DNA from: Dehalococcoidia bacterium
GTDB taxonomy: Bacteria; Chloroflexota; Dehalococcoidia; UBA2979
Direction of reading: 5' to 3'
Assembly (NCBI GenBank): GCA_964291495.2
Contig: OZ219868.1
Coordinates: 32,001-96,000 of the forward strand
Length of the DNA: 64,000 nt
Part shown: positions 58,185-64,000 of the stretch, in pieces
Position numbering within the stretch: position 1 is the stretch's first letter
Layout of the letters: every line of letters starts with the position of its first letter
Notes under the pieces: model-generated
What the model was told of the DNA's origin: nothing
The model's database searches: none
Seen by the model: the letters and a program-made list of their open reading frames with translations, nothing else
Program-made: the position numbers and the translations under genes

Positions 58185-60809
58185 ATGAACCAGGCGCTCT
58201 CCCGTCTGACCTGGCTGGTCACGGCTCGCCCCTGGGTCACGATCTTCGTCCTCCTGCTGACTACGGTGGTGCTCGCTGCGGGGGCGGAACGGCGCGCGCC
58301 TGTGGTGGAGGGCGCAGTGCTCGCGTTCCTCCCACCCGGACACCCCATTGCGGAGGCGTCGAACGAAATCGACGAGCTCTTTGGGGATTCGGGCGAAGTG
58401 ACGGTTGTCACGATCATCTTCCGCGGGAATGCGTTCACGCCCGAAGGGCTCGCCCAGATGGATGCGCTCACCTGGGGCGTCCTTGCCGACGCACAGGTGG
58501 AAGCAGTGCTGGCGCCCGGTGAGTCAGTGATCGCGCCCTCTTTGCTCGTCCGGGAGGCGCTCCAGGTAGACAGCTTCGAGTCGGTCACGCAGGCGCAGAT
58601 CAACTCCGCCCTCGGTTCACCCGAGATCGAAGAGGTGCTGGCAGCGATGACCGCATCCGACGCAGACGGCAACCCTGTGGCGATCGCCACGGTGCGGCTG
58701 AGCGACGCGGACGAGCGGAAGGTCGCGGATGCGGAGAGGCGGATCAATGAGCTGACGGCCGGAAACGTGGGCCCGTTACGTGTGAGCAGCGTGTCGCCCG
58801 TTGTTGTCGAGGCCGAGTACAGAGACGCTACCGAGTCGGGGATGCTGCCCCTGATCGCGCTCGCGCTTGGGTTGGTCGCATCCCTGATCCTGCTGTTTCT
58901 GCGTACGCTCGCGGACCTCTTGCTCACGCTTCTGGGGCTATTCGTCGCCCTCATCTGGGTCGTCGGCGCGGAGGGATGGCTTGGGCCACATGGTCTTGGC
59001 TGGATCGGCCCGCCGAGCTCGCACAGCGCGATGGTCCCGATCATCGTGATCAGCCTCACCGTGGACTATGCCATCCAGACTGTCTCGAGCTATCGCGAGC
59101 AGCGAACCGCGGGGTTGCCGGTGGCCGATGCGATCGGAACGGGACTGGGACACGTCGCGATTCCACTGATGCTGGCTGCCGTGACGACGATCGCGAGCCT
59201 GCTGACGAATCTGTTCTCGCCCATCGGCGCGGTGGGCGACTTCGGCATCGTCGCGGGCCTCGGGGTTGGCCTGAGCCTGATCGTGATACTGACCCTGCTC
59301 CCAGCGGGACGGATGATCATCGACCGGCGGCGCGAGCAGCGCGCCACGCTCGCTCCGCCCCGTCCGGTCTCGAGTGCGCTGCCGGGCGTCAGGCGCGCTG
59401 CGGAGTTGCTGGGAACGTCTGTCACGCGCCGGCCGGCCCCGTTCATCCTTGTCGTGCTCGCGATCACGGTCGGACTCGGGTTCGCGGCCGCGCGGCTCGA
59501 GACCGGATTCGACATCCGCGACATCCTGCCAAGGGGCGGGACCGTGCTGGAGGACATCGAGACCCTCGAAGCCTTCGGCGGATCCACGGAGATGGCGAGC
59601 GTACTCGTGAAGGCGGAGGCGACTGACACCCGCACGTACCTGAACCTGAACGATCTCAGGGTTGCCTTCGAAGATGATCGGCTCCGGCCACAGGCAGCTG
59701 CAGGGCCCATCCACACCTCATACGAGCTGCTTGTGCACGACTGGACGCACGACAGCGGCGAAGAGGGCGACAAGTACGATGCCGGGCTCGCAGAGCTCTT
59801 CCGCCACGCTTCGGTCGGCCTGAGGCTGAATCCGGTGCTGCTCCAGGAGCTTCTCGACAGGCTGAAGGCGAAGGAGCCCGCCCTCGTCAGCGTACTTGCC
59901 GACAATCCCGATGGAATCGATTCGTTGCTGTTCCAGTTCCCGACCTTCTCAGGCGATCCCGAAGCAACAAGGGCGCTGCAGCAGGACATCGAAGCGCTGT
60001 GGCGAGAAAAGGACGTGAGCGTGACGGTTACGTCGCTGGACGTCGTTTCCGTCGCAGTCACGGATGAGATCACGCGCGGTCAGACGGCGGCGATCAGCAC
60101 GACGATCGCGGTAGCCATCGGCGTCCTCGCCATCTTCTTCTGGGTGACACTGCGGCAACCCGCGCTTGCATTCATTGCGGTGGTGCCGGTGGTGCTCGCA
60201 CTCATCTGCGTGCTGGGAACGATGGCGCTCCTGGACATTCCCTACAACCTGATCACATCCATCATCACCGCGCTCTCCATCGGGATCGGCGTTGACTACA
60301 CCATCCACATCATCCATCGCTACCGCGAGGAGTTCGCCCGCTCGCGCAGCCCGGAGCAGGCGGCGGTCAGCACGCTTGCAACCATCGGCTCGGCGCTGTT
60401 GGGCTCGGCACTGACGACGGCGCTCGGCCTCGGGGTGCTGGTGTTTTCGCCGCTGCTCGCTTCCCAACAATTCGGCATCACGGCGGCGATCACCATCGCG
60501 TACTCGCTGGTCATCTCCATCCTGCTCGTTCCGCCCGCGATGACGGTCTGGGGGTCGTACCAGAACATGCGGTTGCGCTCGATGGTGGAGCGACGTGGGC
60601 AGAGCTCGATGTGGCCATTGAGGATGCGTACCAGCGCCACGGGGAGAGAGCGGGCCTGGCCTAGGATGTTCCTGCCCGCCTGGTCCGGTACGAATGCGCT
60701 GAGGGGTGGGGAGCTCTTCGAAGGTCTGTCGGCGTCTCCGCTGTCCGCAGTCGGCGGTCGCGCGCCGGTCTGGTTGGTCAGGCTGATGTGCGCGGCGAGG
60801 TGCGGATGA
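58185..60809 (+). CDS. MMPL/RND family transporter, paralog B, with apparent frameshift near the 3' end (homologous end at 60664)
   Basis: ATG at 58185; collinear with paralog A to YQNMRLRSMV; the homologous tail AELDVAIEDAYQRH continues in the -1 frame to TAG at 60662-60664. Confidence 0.88.
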   Translation: MNQALSRLTWLVTARPWVTIFVLLLTTVVLAAGAERRAPVVEGAVLAFLPPGHPIAEASNEIDELFGDSGEVTVVTIIFRGNAFTPEGLAQMDALTWGVLADAQVEAVLAPGESVIAPSLLVREALQVDSFESVTQAQINSALGSPEIEEVLAAMTASDADGNPVAIATVRLSDADERKVADAERRINELTAGNVGPLRVSSVSPVVVEAEYRDATESGMLPLIALALGLVASLILLFLRTLADLLLTLLGLFVALIWVVGAEGWLGPHGLGWIGPPSSHSAMVPIIVISLTVDYAIQTVSSYREQRTAGLPVADAIGTGLGHVAIPLMLAAVTTIASLLTNLFSPIGAVGDFGIVAGLGVGLSLIVILTLLPAGRMIIDRRREQRATLAPPRPVSSALPGVRRAAELLGTSVTRRPAPFILVVLAITVGLGFAAARLETGFDIRDILPRGGTVLEDIETLEAFGGSTEMASVLVKAEATDTRTYLNLNDLRVAFEDDRLRPQAAAGPIHTSYELLVHDWTHDSGEEGDKYDAGLAELFRHASVGLRLNPVLLQELLDRLKAKEPALVSVLADNPDGIDSLLFQFPTFSGDPEATRALQQDIEALWREKDVSVTVTSLDVVSVAVTDEITRGQTAAISTTIAVAIGVLAIFFWVTLRQPALAFIAVVPVVLALICVLGTMALLDIPYNLITSIITALSIGIGVDYTIHIIHRYREEFARSRSPEQAAVSTLATIGSALLGSALTTALGLGVLVFSPLLASQQFGITAAITIAYSLVISILLVPPAMTVWGSYQNMRLRSMVERRGQSSMWPLRMRTSATGRERAWPRMFLPAWSGTNALRGGELFEGLSASPLSAVGGRAPVWLVRLMCAARCG

Positions 60810-60888
60810 TCGGGGCCGACACGGGGACAGATTCTCTCACCACGGCACGGCCGTTGGTGGCGTCCCGGGCTCTCGTGGGTCCCGGCAC

Positions 60889-62313
60889 TCAGCGGCGACG
60901 TTCGAGTCTCATCGGCATGCCGCCCTTCACCTTGAGGCTCATGCGAGGCACAACTTCCGCCTTGCCGGTCGCGTCGGCGCGCCAACGACGGCACAGGCTA
61001 GCCAGCGCGATCTTCGCCTCCATCCACGCGAAGCCCTCGCCGATGCACTGGTGTGGGCCTCCCCCGAAGGGGAAGTACGCGAAGCGCGGCAGCTCACTGC
61101 GGAACTCGTCCGTCCAGCGCCCGGGGCGGAACTCCAGCGGATCCTCGAACCAGCGCGGATCGCGCTGCGTGATGAACGGCGCTGCTATCACCGTGACGCC
61201 CGCCGGGACGTGGTATCCGCCCACGTCGATGGGCTCGTACACCATCCTGCCCAGCGCCCAGAACGGCGGATAGAGCCTCAGTGTCTCCGTGATGATCTGG
61301 TCGGTGAGGGGCAGCTGGGGCAAGTCGTCGAGTGTCACTTCGCGATCGCCCAGCACACCGTCCAACTCCGCATGGAACCGCTCTTCCACGTCGGGGTTCC
61401 GCGAAAGGAGATGGAACGCGTACGCGAGGGTCGTCGCCGTGGTGTCGTGCCCGGCGAGGTACAGAGAGACCGCCTCGTCACGCACCAGCTCGTCGCTCAT
61501 CCCGCCGGCGTCCTCGCCTTCCGCATCCTCGTACCTGGCCTGTAGCAGCATGCACAGCAGGTCGTCCCCCTCGGCCCCGGACTGCCGGCGTTCGCGGATC
61601 AGGCCGAAGATCAGGTCGTCCAGGTAGGCGCGAGCAGCCTTGAAGCGCCTCGAGGAAGGCAGCGGCAGACGATGGAGCAGGTGCCGCAGGAACACCGGCT
61701 GGGTCAGGCGGAGATACATGTACCTGTCGGCCTCCGCGAACGACTCACCCACGCGCCGGACCACCTCGCTCGTCTCGATATCGAACAGGGCCTTGGCCAC
61801 CATCTGGAGCGTCAAGTCCCGCATCTCCTGCTCCATGTCCACACTGGCGCCGTCCTGCCACTGCCGGGACTTCCGGGACGAGATGTCGGTCATCGCGTGA
61901 GCGTATTTCTCGATGAACCTGTGATGGAACCGGGGCTGTATCAGCCGCCGCTGCTGCAGGTGAAAGGCTCCCGTGGATGCGACGAGGCCGTCTCCCATCA
62001 TCCAGCGCACGGTCTCGAACGCAGCGGCGCCCCTGCCGGTATTCTGGTGGTTGGTCACCAGGACCTGCTGGTTGAGTTCCGGGTGATTCACGAGATAGAT
62101 CAGGATCGGCTTCATCGCCACGGTGCTGACATCACCGTACGTGGCGGCCTCCTGCAACAGACCAATCAAGTCGGACCGCAGGCGGAACGCCTGCCCGAGC
62201 ACTGGCAGCCCGGATGGCCCAGGGGGGCGTTCAGCTGACTGGATGGACGGTCTGGGAGGATCGGAGAGCGGCTCGGCGTTGGTCGTGACCGACTGTGCCG
62301 GGCGTGGCTGCAT
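60889..62313 (-). CDS. Cytochrome P450 (canonical stand-alone)
   Basis: PPGP, I-helix AGHDTT, ETLRLYPP, PLEFRPGRW, PFGGGPHQCIG; start is ATG 62313 or GTG 62349. Confidence 0.93.
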   Translation of the reverse strand: MQPRPAQSVTTNAEPLSDPPRPSIQSAERPPGPSGLPVLGQAFRLRSDLIGLLQEAATYGDVSTVAMKPILIYLVNHPELNQQVLVTNHQNTGRGAAAFETVRWMMGDGLVASTGAFHLQQRRLIQPRFHHRFIEKYAHAMTDISSRKSRQWQDGASVDMEQEMRDLTLQMVAKALFDIETSEVVRRVGESFAEADRYMYLRLTQPVFLRHLLHRLPLPSSRRFKAARAYLDDLIFGLIRERRQSGAEGDDLLCMLLQARYEDAEGEDAGGMSDELVRDEAVSLYLAGHDTTATTLAYAFHLLSRNPDVEERFHAELDGVLGDREVTLDDLPQLPLTDQIITETLRLYPPFWALGRMVYEPIDVGGYHVPAGVTVIAAPFITQRDPRWFEDPLEFRPGRWTDEFRSELPRFAYFPFGGGPHQCIGEGFAWMEAKIALASLCRRWRADATGKAEVVPRMSLKVKGGMPMRLERRR

Positions 62314-62580
62314 CACGCTATCCCGTTCGCCGGAGATGGCCGGCGCCACTGCGGGAGGCGAAAGCCCGGCGCGTCCAGCGATGCGAATCTGTGATCCTGC
62401 AATGGATCCTAGCTACCGGTTGTTCTGGTTTCGTCCAGCGAGGACCATCAGTTGTATAAAATACTGTGCAATGTCTTCAGCGAAGGGTATCCTCCCTCGG
62501 GGTGACTGCTACTGAGGGCGCCGGCTCCCATAACAGCCGCATATGCCCGCTGCTGAGGTCGAGATTCCGGGAAGGCGACT

Positions 62581-64000
62581 ATGACGGACGCTGATCAGCG
62601 AGACGCCGAGAACGGGGCCCTCCGACACCGGCTGTCCCGACTCAGCGAGGCCAGCCTCAGGATCAATGAAAGCCTCGATCTCGATCGAGTACTCCAGGGC
62701 GTCATGGAGAGCACGCGGGCGCTCACCGGCGCTCGGGCCGGCGTCATGCTGCTCTTCGACGACTCGCTCCAGGTCCAACACGCGCTCACGTCGGGGCTGA
62801 CGGTGGCGGAACAGGCGCAGTTGTGGCAGATGGAAGACGGGATGCTCCTCTTCAACCACATCGGCGGTCTCACATCGACGGTTCGGCACCCCGACTTCAG
62901 CGCGTATCTGAGGGACCTGGGGCTCCCGGACTTCGATTCCCCACTGGACGTGCACTCACCGCTCCCGTTTCTCTTCACTCCCATCACCTACGAAGGCAAA
63001 CCGATCGGCGCGATCTACCTCGGCGACAAGCCGACCGGTGAGGAGTTCACGCAGGAGGATGAAGAGACCCTCGTCATGTTCGCGTCCCAAGCCGCGCTGG
63101 TGATCGCGAACGCCCGCTACCACCGGGACGAGCGACGTGCACGCAATGACCTCGAGGCACTGATCGATTCCACCCCCGTGGCGGTGCTCGTGTTTGACCC
63201 AGGCACAGGCCTTCCGGTCTCGTTCAACCGCGAGGTTATTCGGCTGGCCAACGAGCTGAGCTCTCCGGATCAAAGCCCGGAGGACGTGCTGAAGGTCCTG
63301 ACGGTGCGCCGGGCGGATGGTGAGGAAGTCTCCCTCCAGGAATTGCCGCTGACGACCGCGCTGCGTACCGGCGAGACGGTGCGCGCTGAAGAGATCGCGC
63401 TCTCCGTCCCTGATGGGCGCAGCCTGACCGCACTGCTCAACGTCACCCCAATCCACTCGGAGGCGGGGGCGGTCGAGTCCGTGGTCGTCACGGTGCAGGA
63501 TTTGCGGCCTCTGGAAGAAGCAGAGCGCATGCGGGCCGAGTTCCTGGCCATGGTCAGCCACGAGCTGCGTACCCCGCTGAGTTCGATCCGGGGTTCCGCG
63601 GACACCCTGCTGGACGAACAGGCCGAGCTCCAGCCGGCCGAGGCGCGCGAGTTCTTCCGGATCATTCACGACCAGGCCGGGCGCATGCGCCGACTCATCA
63701 GCGACCTCCTGGACGTGGCCCAGATCCAGACCGGCAACCTCTCCGTCTCTGCCACGCCGGAAGAGGTACGCAACCTTGTGGACGAGGCGAGGAACTCCTT
63801 CGCGTCTTCAGGCGGCCAGAACAACATCCATGTTGAGCTGCCCCCGGACCTCCCGCTCGTGATGGCTGACCGCCCGCGTATCGTTCAGGTCATCACCAAC
63901 CTGCTGTCCAACGCTGCTCGCCACTCGCCCGACCTCTCGACAGTTCGACTGAGTGCCGAGTCCCGGGGCCTGCATGTCGCCGTTACCGTCTCGGACCAGG
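62581..64000 (+). CDS. GAF-PAS sensor histidine kinase, partial (runs off the window)
   Basis: Hand translation from ATG 62581: LSRLSEASLRINESLDLD (GAF), H-box FLAMVSHELRTPL (63541), N-box VITNLLSNA, all in one frame. Confidence 0.9.
   Translation, partial: MTDADQRDAENGALRHRLSRLSEASLRINESLDLDRVLQGVMESTRALTGARAGVMLLFDDSLQVQHALTSGLTVAEQAQLWQMEDGMLLFNHIGGLTSTVRHPDFSAYLRDLGLPDFDSPLDVHSPLPFLFTPITYEGKPIGAIYLGDKPTGEEFTQEDEETLVMFASQAALVIANARYHRDERRARNDLEALIDSTPVAVLVFDPGTGLPVSFNREVIRLANELSSPDQSPEDVLKVLTVRRADGEEVSLQELPLTTALRTGETVRAEEIALSVPDGRSLTALLNVTPIHSEAGAVESVVVTVQDLRPLEEAERMRAEFLAMVSHELRTPLSSIRGSADTLLDEQAELQPAEAREFFRIIHDQAGRMRRLISDLLDVAQIQTGNLSVSATPEEVRNLVDEARNSFASSGGQNNIHVELPPDLPLVMADRPRIVQVITNLLSNAARHSPDLSTVRLSAESRGLHVAVTVSDQ

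Overview
GC-rich (roughly 70% by eye) bacterial chromosomal window. The gene repertoire (many family III CoA-transferases, enoyl-CoA hydratases, an LLM monooxygenase, MaoC, PAC2, thiolase/DUF35) resembles Chloroflexota (Dehalococcoidia/SAR202-like) or a similar high-GC lineage; this taxonomic call is inference. Positions 1-44.1 kb are mostly acyl-CoA/lipid catabolic and housekeeping genes plus four tRNAs (Leu-TAA, Cys-GCA, Leu-GAG, Trp-CCA). Three things stand out. (1) A compositionally distinct ~20 kb region (44.5-64 kb) looks like a sterol-tailoring system: an ERG6/SMT1-like sterol methyltransferase, two GPP34(GOLPH3-like)-cytochrome P450 fusion proteins with non-canonical I-helices, a third P450, a Neverland/KshA-like Rieske oxygenase, a COG2907-like flavoprotein, two paralogous MMPL/RND transporters (one with a 3' frameshift), a PAS-LuxR regulator and a sensor kinase. 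(2) A UGSC-type selenoprotein split by the ORF caller at an in-frame TGA (C-D-U-G-S-C) with a SECIS-like hairpin (9477-11129). (3) A lower-GC two-gene cassette (winged-helix-like protein plus GHKL/MORC-like ATPase, 14.1-16.8 kb) that may be an uncharacterised defence module. There is also a ~0.66 kb imperfect duplication with palindromic repeats and gene fragments at 11.2-13.6 kb. All calls come from motif recognition by eye; no database searches were run.
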